DNA from: Candidatus Aegiribacteria sp.
GTDB taxonomy: Bacteria > Planctomycetota > Phycisphaerae > Sedimentisphaerales > Anaerobacaceae
Length of the DNA: 64,000 nt
Direction: 5' to 3'
NCBI GenBank assembly: GCA_048635425.1
Contig: JAIVYN010000001.1
Location: forward strand, 2,532 to 66,531
Part shown: piece by piece, positions 34,070 to 42,716 of the stretch
Numbering within the stretch: the first letter of the stretch is position 1
Layout of the letters: each line of letters begins with the position of its first letter
Program-made: the position numbers and the translations under genes
The notes under the pieces: generated by a model
The model's database searches: none
Seen by the model: only the letters and a program-made list of their open reading frames with translations
What the model was told of the DNA's origin: nothing

Positions 34070-35302
34070 TCATTTTGTACATTGCAAAACGGCTTTTGCA
34101 GCAGCGATACGGACAAATTTTGACTCATTTTGCAGCAGCTGGGGCAGAAATTTTGTCAAAGTAGGCGTGCAAATTTGCCCTATCGCCAGCGCTGTCAGTA
34201 TATTGGTACGTTCTCTGGCCTCGGCATCCAGACCGCTGGTAAGTTTTTTTTCGAAAACTTCGAGGACTTTGGCTTCGCCGATGGGGTCTTTGAATACACC
34301 GAGCTGTTCGGCTGCAGCCAGCCGAATCTCTAAGATATCATCATCCAGCATTCTAATCAGGGCATTTTTGGCCTCCGGGGTGCCGAGCTTGCCCATTGCC
34401 CTTACACCCATAAGCCGCACGTCCGCGTAAGCACTTATAAGCATCGTCCAAAGCTTCGGATATATCTGCTCATCACCGAGCATTGCTATGGCTTCTGCCG
34501 ACTGATATACGACCCTGTCATCTGAATCCTTGCTTTGCATGGCGCGCCGCAAGAGCTCTAACGAGCCTTTATCGCCACTCTTGCCTAATAGCAAAGCAGC
34601 GTTGGCCCTGACCGTTTGGTCGCTGCTGGATATTGCATTTCGAAGAGCTTCGAGATACTGAGCAGCCCCAAGCTTAGTCATCGCATAAGCAGCGGCGGTT
34701 GTGACATTTGCATCACTATCTTTTAGTAATTGACTTACCGACTTTTTCGAAGGGGAATATTCCAAATCGCCAACAGCCAAAGCGGCGGCAAATCTGACCG
34801 GCATAGACTTATCATGTAGTAATTGATGTACCTGAGGCATAAGTCTGATTTGCCCGGTGGCTGCTACCACTTCCAGGGCACGAACCCTGACTAATGGGTC
34901 GTTGTCGGCCAAACCCTCCTGGATGATTCCCAGAGCTTTTGACCAGGGTGCACCTATATTCGTAGCATTGAAATTACGAGATGTTGTTTGCGATGATTCA
35001 TCGCATCCGAAAGTAAATACTGCTAAGTAAGCAAAAAGCAAAACCTGAAGGATGTAAGCATTTATTTTTTTGTACTCTTGTGTTGCTTTATAGAAAACAT
35101 CGGGCCGGAGGTTGTCATTGCGAGCGGAAAAAGCCTTTAGCCCTGAGCGAAGCCGAAGGGGAAGCAATCTCAAACACAACGATGGTTTTTTCTGCCTATT
35201 ATTCAAGAGATTGCCACGGCCCTTCGGGCCTCGCAATGACATTTTGCAAAGGTCTTCTACACAGCACTTGTGTGTTTTAGTTTTTTTTAGCTTATGTTCC
35301 AT
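34070..35302 (-). CDS. HEAT-repeat protein; 5' end uncertain
   Basis: Multiple HEAT / PBS-lyase-like repeats (VRVRALEVVAATG, VRFAAALAVGDL, VRANAALLLGKSGD, RLMGVRAMGKLG, IRLAAAEQLG). A hydrophobic anchor (LLFAYLAVFTFGC) sits about 85 aa into the ORF. The first ~80 codons run through a palindromic element. Confidence 0.6.
   Translation of the reverse strand: MEHKLKKTKTHKCCVEDLCKMSLRGPKGRGNLLNNRQKKPSLCLRLLPLRLRSGLKAFSARNDNLRPDVFYKATQEYKKINAYILQVLLFAYLAVFTFGCDESSQTTSRNFNATNIGAPWSKALGIIQEGLADNDPLVRVRALEVVAATGQIRLMPQVHQLLHDKSMPVRFAAALAVGDLEYSPSKKSVSQLLKDSDANVTTAAAYAMTKLGAAQYLEALRNAISSSDQTVRANAALLLGKSGDKGSLELLRRAMQSKDSDDRVVYQSAEAIAMLGDEQIYPKLWTMLISAYADVRLMGVRAMGKLGTPEAKNALIRMLDDDILEIRLAAAEQLGVFKDPIGEAKVLEVFEKKLTSGLDAEARERTNILTALAIGQICTPTLTKFLPQLLQNESKFVRIAAAKAVLQCTK
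35114..35240. repeat. GC-rich long palindromic element (GTCATTGCGAG ... CTCGCAATGAC type)
   Basis: Outer arms GTCATTGCGAG (35114-35124) and CTCGCAATGAC (35230-35240). Inner arms GAAGCAATCTC (35161-35171) and GAGATTGCC (35208-35216). Confidence 0.6.
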
Positions 35303-37016
35303 TTAGCTTCTCTGCTGAAAGAGTTTTGTATTTTCTGGTTCTGATGAATCTTGCCGAAAGTGTTACTATTATGAGCAAAATAAGACAAACTTCACAGCAA
35401 AAACCTAACCATTCGCCGAATTTGCTAAAAAAAGTTGTTCTTTTATCTATCATTATTCTGTCGAGAAACCATCCCGGCATACCTGTTCTTGCCATAGTTT
35501 GAGGTGGTAAATTGCCGGCCAAATATCCGTATCTTATGCCTCCGGAACTGTCGATAAGGCAGCTTATTCCGGTATTAACGCTTCGCAGGATGGAAAGCCT
35601 ATTTTCAACCGCCCTGAAGGCACAAACAACTGCGTGCTGAGCAAGTTCCGCGCTTGGCAGGACCTTTTCATCCTTGAACCGCACAAACCAGCCGTCGTTA
35701 CTTATATTCACGAGCCAGTCCAGCCTCTTTGTTCCCTGCTTGTCCAGAGCAAATCTTCGGGCAATAGCAGGGACAGTATCCTCGTAGCAAATCATTACGC
35801 CGAATTTGTAAGCCTGGGCTTCTGGGCCTTGGCCTGCCATCTCAAAAACCGTGTATTCGCTGCCTGCGTCGAGCGAATAATCGTAATTGTAGGGTGTAAA
35901 CTTCATCAAGAAATTGTAAAGCCAAAGGCAGCTTTTCCTGAACGGCAGAAATTCCCCGAAAGGGACAAGATGGATTTTGTTGTAGCTCTCGGTGGCCTGT
36001 TCACCGTCTATTTTGTATAAAAAAGCCGAATTATATCTCCTGGCTAAATGGATTTCTAAATTGTCCCGGATTACCGGCATTCCCCCGTATGCGCCCACCA
36101 GCACAAAAGCGGTATCTTTCGAATGTTCGCGAAGCCTTTTGTCAAAAACATTCCAGGGATGTGAAGGTTCTAAAAGCCGCAACACTTCAGGGTTTAACGT
36201 TGCCTGCACCATTGTTTCGGGCCAAACGATTAGCTCGGCACCGGCTTGTGCACTCGCTTTACTGTGCTCCATCAATCCGTTGAACAATTCTTCACTGGAC
36301 TTAAATGTTCTCTTGACTGACTGAGGGACGTTCGATTGTAAGGATGCGACATAAGGGCCGGGCTGAATATATTGGTCTTCCTCGCTTATTCTCCATCGTC
36401 CGTAGATAATGGTGGCCACCACAGCGGAACAGACCAGGACGACCTTTGGTAATTGGATGATTTTGAAGATGTTTTTTTTGCCGGCGGCAATTATTAACTC
36501 GGCCAATAGCCCGTTGACCATCGCTATCAGAAATGATATTCCAGCCGTGCCGAATATGTCCGCTATCTGGATAAGCGGTATGTTTTGATACTGGCTGTGT
36601 GCCAGAAACCGCCAGAAAAAACCACCCAAAAAAAGACCCTGCATCCGTTCGATGCCGACAACCAATACCGCCGAGGCCAAAAACAATGGGATTTTTTTTA
36701 TTCTGCAGTAGCGCAGACAAAGCGCAAGTATCGGCCAAAGAGCAGCCGTGTACAGGCAAAAAGCAATCCAGCCGACAATAGTTACTGGAACTATCCAGTA
36801 TAGATTACCCAGCCAGTAAAAAACTGAAATGACGTAGCTTACAAAAATTAAACGTCGGGGCTTGGCGTCCGCCGAACAGGCTAAAATAAAAGGCACCAGC
36901 GCTACCCACGCTAACAATGAGAAGCTTATCGGTGCCTGAATCACCGTTAGCATAGCCGCACTGGCAACAAACGGCAGGGCACAGAGCAAAATATTTTTCA
37001 TCCATGCTTTTTTCAA
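35292..37016 (-). CDS. lnt: Apolipoprotein N-acyltransferase
   Basis: 574 aa. Multi-TM N-terminal half plus a CN-hydrolase domain (WPET..., VMICYED with catalytic Cys). Confidence 0.85.
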   Translation of the reverse strand: MKKAWMKNILLCALPFVASAAMLTVIQAPISFSLLAWVALVPFILACSADAKPRRLIFVSYVISVFYWLGNLYWIVPVTIVGWIAFCLYTAALWPILALCLRYCRIKKIPLFLASAVLVVGIERMQGLFLGGFFWRFLAHSQYQNIPLIQIADIFGTAGISFLIAMVNGLLAELIIAAGKKNIFKIIQLPKVVLVCSAVVATIIYGRWRISEEDQYIQPGPYVASLQSNVPQSVKRTFKSSEELFNGLMEHSKASAQAGAELIVWPETMVQATLNPEVLRLLEPSHPWNVFDKRLREHSKDTAFVLVGAYGGMPVIRDNLEIHLARRYNSAFLYKIDGEQATESYNKIHLVPFGEFLPFRKSCLWLYNFLMKFTPYNYDYSLDAGSEYTVFEMAGQGPEAQAYKFGVMICYEDTVPAIARRFALDKQGTKRLDWLVNISNDGWFVRFKDEKVLPSAELAQHAVVCAFRAVENRLSILRSVNTGISCLIDSSGGIRYGYLAGNLPPQTMARTGMPGWFLDRIMIDKRTTFFSKFGEWLGFCCEVCLILLIIVTLSARFIRTRKYKTLSAEKLNGT

Positions 37017-37960
37017 TCGGCCAAATCCTTTAAAGCCGCTGCTATTTTTTCTGAACGGTATCGCTTTTTGTTGTTCATCCGCACGGCAAATTGATTTGCA
37101 AAATGCTTCAAAAGATTACCGTCAGCGGTAATTTCCTTTATCGGTGTTTTTATATCAGCGGAAAGCCGTTTTAGTTCGTTCAGCTCGGTGGTGTTGAGAA
37201 ACAGGTTGCTCTGCTGTTGTTTTTTCAACTGGGCCAAACGTTCATTTGCATTTTCAACATATTTTTCAGATATTTCCACGCCGACGTAATTTCTATCTAA
37301 TTGGACTGCTGCTGCAGCGGTGGTTCCCGAGCCGCTAAAAGGGTCGAGCACGCAATCACCGGGATTTGAGCTGACGGCGATTATTCTGGCTAGTAGGCTT
37401 TCAGGCATCTGGCAAGGGTGCCAACCTTGACGTTCATTGAATGTGCCGCACACACGAGAGAATTCGTTCCAGACATCGTCTGGCATTTTGCCTTTTGGAT
37501 TGGCCCGTCTGTCGTTATAAATTAACTGTCGGTCTGAGAGGACCCGGATGGCGTAGTCATTAAAGATGAAATTTTTATTGTCATTAACGAAATAAAAAAT
37601 ATGGGTGTGGGCCCGTGCGAATTTATTCTTCGTTTGTTGGCCGAAGGTGTAATGCCATATTATCCAGTTCCGCATAAAGAGGCCTAATTCGTCAGCTATG
37701 ATTTTTACGTTCGCGGCATAGTCGTCGCCTATCGCTATATAGAATGAGCCGTGTGGTTTTAACACCTTTTTGCAGATGCTCATCCAGTCTATTGTCCAGG
37801 CGATGTAGTTTTTCTTTTTGACCTTATCGTAATATTTATCGTATTTGTAACCGATATTAAATGGCGGGTCGGCGAAGATAAGGTCGGCGAATGGCTCATC
37901 AACCTTACCTAAAACCTCAATACAGTCGCCGCATATTATCCTGTTGAGTAGTTTCTGCAT
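37013..37960 (-). CDS. Beta-class DNA methyltransferase (N6-adenine likely); no restriction partner seen
   Basis: 315 aa. Motif IV (IFADPPFN) comes before motif I (VLDPFSGSGTT), plus a ~90-aa C-terminal extension. It overlaps the lnt start by 4 nt. Confidence 0.8.
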   Translation of the reverse strand: MQKLLNRIICGDCIEVLGKVDEPFADLIFADPPFNIGYKYDKYYDKVKKKNYIAWTIDWMSICKKVLKPHGSFYIAIGDDYAANVKIIADELGLFMRNWIIWHYTFGQQTKNKFARAHTHIFYFVNDNKNFIFNDYAIRVLSDRQLIYNDRRANPKGKMPDDVWNEFSRVCGTFNERQGWHPCQMPESLLARIIAVSSNPGDCVLDPFSGSGTTAAAAVQLDRNYVGVEISEKYVENANERLAQLKKQQQSNLFLNTTELNELKRLSADIKTPIKEITADGNLLKHFANQFAVRMNNKKRYRSEKIAAALKDLAD

Positions 37961-38083
37961 AGCGATATGTTACAACCTGGCGATGACTTTGCAAGGGGAA
38001 TTGAAATTTCGCTGATTGCTATTCTGGATACTTCGCTTTGCTCAGTGCAGGCTCCGCACGGCAAAGTGAAAAATCTCTTGTCT

Positions 38084-38476
38084 TTATTGCTTTTTGATTA
38101 AGGCGATAATTGCATTGACGAATTCTTCTGCGTGAACCAGCTCTTCCTGAATATCCTGTTTTTCCACCTCCACCCACTCCGCGTAATCGCTCTCAAGGCG
38201 GTTGTCAAACGTTCGGGAATAGAATTTAGCCATATCCACAGAAATCATGCCTGGCTTTACAAAATGCCGATTAAATAGCGCAATCACGCCACTATGTTTC
38301 CTGCTGGATAGGCTTTGTGTTAGAAGAAGTGCTGTAACTGCATAAAAACAAGCATAATAAATCCGATTGGCAGCGCCGTAAGGATGGCTGGTTTGAAGCA
38401 TTACCCTGGCTTCGGCCAAAGTTTCTTCGGCGCGGCTGATTTTATAACGGATTAAATCCTCTTGCCCCTCAGTCAT
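38084..38476 (-). CDS. HEPN-domain protein (toxin-like partner of the MNT)
   Basis: Start trimmed to the ATG at 38476, which forms an ATGA overlap with the MNT stop. The four-helix HEPN pattern includes FDNRLESDY. Confidence 0.7.
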   Translation of the reverse strand: MTEGQEDLIRYKISRAEETLAEARVMLQTSHPYGAANRIYYACFYAVTALLLTQSLSSRKHSGVIALFNRHFVKPGMISVDMAKFYSRTFDNRLESDYAEWVEVEKQDIQEELVHAEEFVNAIIALIKKQ

Positions 38477-38826
38477 GCCACCTGAATCCCTTCCTGATGG
38501 ATAGTTTTGTAAAGAAGCGTAGCCTGTGAAATCGGAGAATTCCACGCATCGTAGCTTCGTACAATAGTGCTTATCACTGAATCTTCCGCCAGGCTGATAT
38601 CATAAAGCATATCACGGATAATTCGTTTTGTTGCTGCTGTAACATCTTCATTTAGTAAAACAAGCAAATCAATATCTGATTCGGGGTCGGCCTGGCCGCA
38701 TGCTTGTGAACCGTAGAGCACGATTCCGGCGGTCGGATAGTTTACACGTATTGCATCACGGCAAGCGAGGACAATTTGTTTGATACGTGGTTCCAGTAGT
38801 TCTTCTTTTTCAGGTAAATTATGCAT
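38473..38826 (-). CDS. Minimal nucleotidyltransferase (MNT, antitoxin-like partner of the HEPN)
   Basis: 117 aa with YGSQACGQADPESDIDLLVL (G-S...D-x-D NTase signature). Confidence 0.8.
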   Translation of the reverse strand: MHNLPEKEELLEPRIKQIVLACRDAIRVNYPTAGIVLYGSQACGQADPESDIDLLVLLNEDVTAATKRIIRDMLYDISLAEDSVISTIVRSYDAWNSPISQATLLYKTIHQEGIQVA

Positions 38827-38862
38827 ATAATGCGGTATTAAATATGAGTTCCAAGGGACGAA

Positions 38863-39489
38863 TCACGGGCTTTGTGGCTTTATTACCTTTTGTTCTTTGA
38901 ATACTTTGCCGGAGAGGTAATCGGTGAAGGTTACCTTCACTGTCAAGGGCTCGTCGAAACTTTTGACCTTGTCGGCTATACCGAATGTCAATCTGTAATT
39001 GATGGTTACCAGCGCGGCAAACCAGAGTTTTTTCAACTCGCCTGGTTCTACGTGCCACTGGCCGAGCAGGGCCTGGTTCGCCTCTGACGAATCCAGGTCC
39101 CAAAGCTGGACGTCCACGGCGCCTGTGGCCTTTATTATATCACCCTCTTCATCGATGGGCTGTATATAGACAATCAGCTTTTCCTTTGTGCCGTCATCGT
39201 CTTTATCGAAGAATCCGGTATATTTGCCAATCTCGATTTTTTCAAGGCGATAGACATTTTCACCCTTGACTTCCTCGGGTAAGCCGGAGAGGACGTGCAT
39301 TTGTTTTGTTAATTGTTTGTTTTCGGCCCTGGTCTGTTCGAGCTGGTTCTCTAACTGCTTGTTTTGCTCCGTCAAGTTTCCGATTTGCTCAACTAACGGT
39401 GTTCTTATGCTGTTTGCGTTTTCACAGCCGGCGACAACGCACAGACAGAAGATGAAAGACAGAAGACAGAAAAATCTGACTTCTGACAT
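38863..39489 (-). CDS. Lipoprotein with coiled-coil segment (unknown function)
   Basis: Start set at the ATG 39489-39487, giving MSEVRFFCLLSFIFCLCVVAGCEN (lipobox VVAGC). The upstream in-frame extension in the ORF track is a translation of the heptamer tract. Confidence 0.55.
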   Translation of the reverse strand: MSEVRFFCLLSFIFCLCVVAGCENANSIRTPLVEQIGNLTEQNKQLENQLEQTRAENKQLTKQMHVLSGLPEEVKGENVYRLEKIEIGKYTGFFDKDDDGTKEKLIVYIQPIDEEGDIIKATGAVDVQLWDLDSSEANQALLGQWHVEPGELKKLWFAALVTINYRLTFGIADKVKSFDEPLTVKVTFTDYLSGKVFKEQKVIKPQSP

Positions 39490-39550
39490 CTGACTTCTGA
39501 TTTCTGACTTCTGACATCTGACATCTGACTTCTGACATCTGACTTCTGAT
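39474..39550. repeat. Heptamer tandem tract WTCTGAC x11
   Basis: ATCTGAC TTCTGAC ATCTGAC TTCTGAT TTCTGAC TTCTGAC ATCTGAC ATCTGAC TTCTGAC ATCTGAC TTCTGAT. A related AAGACAG-type periodicity continues over 39441-39473, inside the signal-peptide codons. Confidence 0.9.
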
Positions 39551-39572
39551 AATTCGATATCCGTATCCATTA

Positions 39573-40208
39573 TTACTGCTCCTCTTTCTCCTGGTTCCTG
39601 ACTATTTCGGGAGCTTTTTGCAATATTCTGTCGGCCAATCCATACTCGATTGCTTCGGCTGCATCCAGCCAGAGGTCTCTGTCGCAATCCTTTTCAACTT
39701 TCTCGACCGTTTGGCCTGTATGTTTGGCCAATATATCATAAAGCCGGGCCCGCAGCCTCAATATTTCCTGGGCTTCGATATCCAGGTCCGTAGCCGGTCC
39801 AATCAATTGTCCTGTGATTAAGGGCTGGTGCAGAAGAATCCTGTTGTTTGCCAGCAGGAAGCGCTTGTCAGCCTTACCGCCGGCCAATAACAACGCTGCC
39901 ATACTTGCTGCCTGCCCGATACAATACGTCGCAACATCGCAGCGCAGAAACTGCATCGTGTCATACACTGCGAAGCCTGCTGTGATTGAGCCGCCGGGCG
40001 AATTGATGTAAAAATGGACATCGTTCTTGTTGTCTTCGTTGCTCAAAAACAGCATCTGGGCAATGATTAAATTGGCTGATGTATCCTCAATTGGTCCACC
40101 GAGAAAAACTATCCTGTCCTTCAGCAGTCTTGAATAAATATCATACGCACGTTCGGTTCGACCACTTTTCTCAATTACTATCGGCACCAAAGTTTGATTT
40201 ACGTTCAT
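39573..40208 (-). CDS. clpP: ATP-dependent Clp protease proteolytic subunit (second copy)
   Basis: 211 aa. The Ser-His-Asp context is intact ([23 protein letters not shown]). Confidence 0.9.
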   Translation of the reverse strand: MNVNQTLVPIVIEKSGRTERAYDIYSRLLKDRIVFLGGPIEDTSANLIIAQMLFLSNEDNKNDVHFYINSPGGSITAGFAVYDTMQFLRCDVATYCIGQAASMAALLLAGGKADKRFLLANNRILLHQPLITGQLIGPATDLDIEAQEILRLRARLYDILAKHTGQTVEKVEKDCDRDLWLDAAEAIEYGLADRILQKAPEIVRNQEKEEQ

Positions 40209-40236
40209 TTTGGTTATTCCTTGTTTGTTTAAGGAT

Positions 40237-40288
40237 GGTGAGTAGTTAATTGGTGAGTGGTTAATTGACTACTCACCACTCACTACAC
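40237..40288. repeat. Inverted GGTGAGT / ACTCACC word repeats between the two clpP genes
   Basis: GGTGAGTAG (40237-40245) pairs perfectly with CTACTCACC (40270-40278). A further GGTGAGTGG / CCACTCAC pair follows. Same word family as 18873-18900. Confidence 0.6.
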
Positions 40289-40980
40289 TATTTACTGTCT
40301 TTTTTCTTTTTGTTGTTCTTCTTTTCCTTTTCTTTTTCTTCTTTTTTATCTTTGTCTTTATCTTTGTCTTCTTCCTGCAGCACCTCGTCGATAAGGCCGT
40401 ATTGTTGGGCCTCCTCGGCAGTCATATATCTGTCTCTTTCGGTTTCAGAGGCGATTTTTTCGACCGACTGGCCGGTGTGTCTTGCAAGAATTTCGTTTAT
40501 CATAGCTTTGGCTTTGAGGATTTCTTCGGCCTGGATTTTGATGTCGGACGCCTGGCCGCTAACACCACCCCAGGGTTGGTGCAGCATAACTTTGGCGTGT
40601 GGCAGGGCGTACCTTTTGCCTTTTGAGCCGGCTGACAGTATCACCGCGGCACCGGACTGGGCCCTGCCGATGCAGTAGGTCGCTACAGGAGAGCTGACGA
40701 AGCGTATCGTATCATAAATGGCCATCGTATCGTCAACGCTGCCGCCCGGGGAATTGATATACAGGCTGATTTCGTTGCTGCGCTTGAGATTGTCCAGATA
40801 TAGCATCTTCATAATGACCTCAGCGGCCCTTTCATACGATATCGCTCCTATCAGAAAAACAATCCGGTTCTCCAGCAGCATATCGTCCAGACTCATCTGG
40901 CGGTAGCGCTGGTACTGGCCGTATTGATTGTACGGCTCTATATTTCTCGCAATGTTTATTGCACGATGTTCAATAGACAT
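40288..40980 (-). CDS. clpP: ATP-dependent Clp protease proteolytic subunit (first copy) with K/E/D-rich tail
   Basis: 230 aa with GRAQSGAAV (Ser aligned), VMLHQP and RDRYMTAEEA. C-terminal tail QEEDKDKDKDKKEEKEKEKKNNKKKKDSK. Confidence 0.85.
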   Translation of the reverse strand: MSIEHRAINIARNIEPYNQYGQYQRYRQMSLDDMLLENRIVFLIGAISYERAAEVIMKMLYLDNLKRSNEISLYINSPGGSVDDTMAIYDTIRFVSSPVATYCIGRAQSGAAVILSAGSKGKRYALPHAKVMLHQPWGGVSGQASDIKIQAEEILKAKAMINEILARHTGQSVEKIASETERDRYMTAEEAQQYGLIDEVLQEEDKDKDKDKKEEKEKEKKNNKKKKDSK

Positions 40981-41126
40981 TCATTGCTTCCTTTATCAAG
41001 TTCATATTTTTACAACTCGTGTTTCGGCAAGCGGATACGTTTTTATCGGATATTTTTACTCGCTGAATCTCTTTTTGCCCTATTTTTGTAATATATTATT
41101 CCCCGTTATGTAGTTTCTAACGGCGT

Positions 41127-42716
41127 CTAACTGCTTTTTTTGGTTTTTTTGGGTTTTTTCTCAGCCCCGGCCGGCTTCTCAGAGGTTTTTTTCGCCGATT
41201 TCTTAGCGGGTTTCCGGGCTTTTTTGGCTTTCTTTTCGGGCTTTTTTTCCGTTATTTTTGCCGTCTCGAGTAATTTAGAGATGCAGTTATTCTGACGTAC
41301 CTCTAACTTGAACTGAGCTAACGAGCCATCGCGTTCCATTTGCTCTCTCATTCTTTCGGGCCTTTGGCCCCGCTGAAGGGCTATCTGGGCGATATGCCCG
41401 TTAATCTCTTCTTCGCTGACATCAATCTCGAGCTTATCAGCAACTTTGTCCATAATAAAGAATGTTTTTAGCTGTTCCCGGGCCTGCTCTTCACTGCCGG
41501 CCTGAAGCTGTTCTATATGCTCTTCGAGCTGCTCGCGGGGCAATCCACGCATCATCAAATTCGTATATTGCCTTTGCAGCAGTGTCTTTGCCTGCTCGGC
41601 GACTATATCTAACGGAAGCTCGAAATCGGTGTTTTCGAGCAGATACTGGTGAATTTGCTCGCTCATTTCGGTTCGAACCTGTGTCTCTAATCGGCTCTGC
41701 AGCGTGTCCTGGGTTTTTTCCCGCAGCTCGTTTTCATCTTCGATACCAAGTCTCATGAGGAAGTTTTCGTCTAACTCGGCGGGCTTGAGCCATTTGATAT
41801 CTTTGATGTCGATTTGGATATCCACCTTTTTGCCGCGATATTCTTCCCTGAAATATGTCTTTGGGACTTCGACGCTTATCTGTTTGGTCTGGCCGGCCTC
41901 GGCACCGGCCAGTTGTTCGTCGAGCTTCTCAACCGGGACTTCCCCGATAAAACCATTTTGCCTTACGTATATCTCGATGTTGTCGAGTTTCTGTTCTTCT
42001 TCGATGCCCTCGGCTTTGAGAACCACATCCGCAATTATCTGGTCCTCAGGCTCAACAGCTCCATCCTTACGCGGTGTCCATATACCTGACCATCTTTGTA
42101 ATCGCTCGATCTCTCTATCGATTTGCTCGTCCGTAACTTCCAGTTTTGTCCTTGTTACCGGGATACCTTCGAGCTGCGGCAGGTCAAAGTCGGGACGCAC
42201 TTCGACCTCAAAATCAAGCTTCATCGGGCCTTTGGCCGGCAGCTCGATATTTTCAAAATCAATGTCCGGCTCGCCTATTATCTGCAGCTCGTTGTCCTTG
42301 ACCGCTGAATCGCTGGCGTCAATCAGCAGTTTCAATTTGATTTGCTCTGTTGTCTCCTTGCCGAATCTTTTTTCCAGAAGTCGGCGGGGCGCTCGACCCT
42401 TTCTAAAACCCGGCACCAGAGCTTCTTTGCGCAGCTCTTTGTATTTTTCATTAGTGGCGTTGTTAATTGTTTCTTCGGGTATCTCTATGGAGACCTTTTT
42501 TTTGCAGGGGCCCGCCTCTTCGATTGTTACTATGTTTTTCGACATAGCGGATTCTTCTTCCTCTTTCTTAGGTTGCTCTTCATCCGGGGAAGCGGCTTGT
42601 TCCTGCTCTTTTGTTTCTGCTGTTTTTTCTTCTTCTTTCGGTGCCGTGGATTGTTCTTCGGCTCGCTCCTGGGCTTTGTCCGCAGTCTGTTCTGCCGTTT
42701 GTTCTTCTTCGACCAT
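41127..42716 (-). CDS. tig: Trigger factor with acidic N-terminal and Lys-rich C-terminal extensions
   Basis: 529 aa with the ribosome-binding signature GFRKGRAP. It lies upstream of clpP. The first ~60 aa are E/Q/K-rich. The last ~45 aa are K-rich (EKKPEKKAKKARKPAKKSAKK...). Confidence 0.85.
   Translation of the reverse strand: MVEEEQTAEQTADKAQERAEEQSTAPKEEEKTAETKEQEQAASPDEEQPKKEEEESAMSKNIVTIEEAGPCKKKVSIEIPEETINNATNEKYKELRKEALVPGFRKGRAPRRLLEKRFGKETTEQIKLKLLIDASDSAVKDNELQIIGEPDIDFENIELPAKGPMKLDFEVEVRPDFDLPQLEGIPVTRTKLEVTDEQIDREIERLQRWSGIWTPRKDGAVEPEDQIIADVVLKAEGIEEEQKLDNIEIYVRQNGFIGEVPVEKLDEQLAGAEAGQTKQISVEVPKTYFREEYRGKKVDIQIDIKDIKWLKPAELDENFLMRLGIEDENELREKTQDTLQSRLETQVRTEMSEQIHQYLLENTDFELPLDIVAEQAKTLLQRQYTNLMMRGLPREQLEEHIEQLQAGSEEQAREQLKTFFIMDKVADKLEIDVSEEEINGHIAQIALQRGQRPERMREQMERDGSLAQFKLEVRQNNCISKLLETAKITEKKPEKKAKKARKPAKKSAKKTSEKPAGAEKKPKKTKKSS

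Noticed and set aside
37013-38826. A complete restriction-modification or larger defence island around the MTase and MNT/HEPN genes
   Set aside because: No endonuclease, helicase, ATPase or specificity subunit ORF is adjacent. The flanking genes are housekeeping (lnt, clpP).
38819-39103. 94-aa minus-strand ORF
   Set aside because: It lies in an alternative frame inside the lipoprotein gene, has an Arg-rich composition and has no start signals.
39474-39550. CRISPR array, considered for the tandem tracts and for the 23-nt direct repeats at 52697/52796
   Set aside because: The units are 7 nt with no spacers. The 23-mers occur only twice, 99 nt apart, and no cas genes are present. This is not CRISPR.
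39490-39687. Long N-terminal extension of the lipoprotein ORF (MRQRPLAGC...SEVRCQKSDVRCQK...)
   Set aside because: The upstream part overlaps the clpP coding end. The middle part is a literal translation of the heptamer tract. A lipoprotein signal peptide begins at the ATG at 39489. The alternative ATG at 39570 is kept as an open question in the findings.
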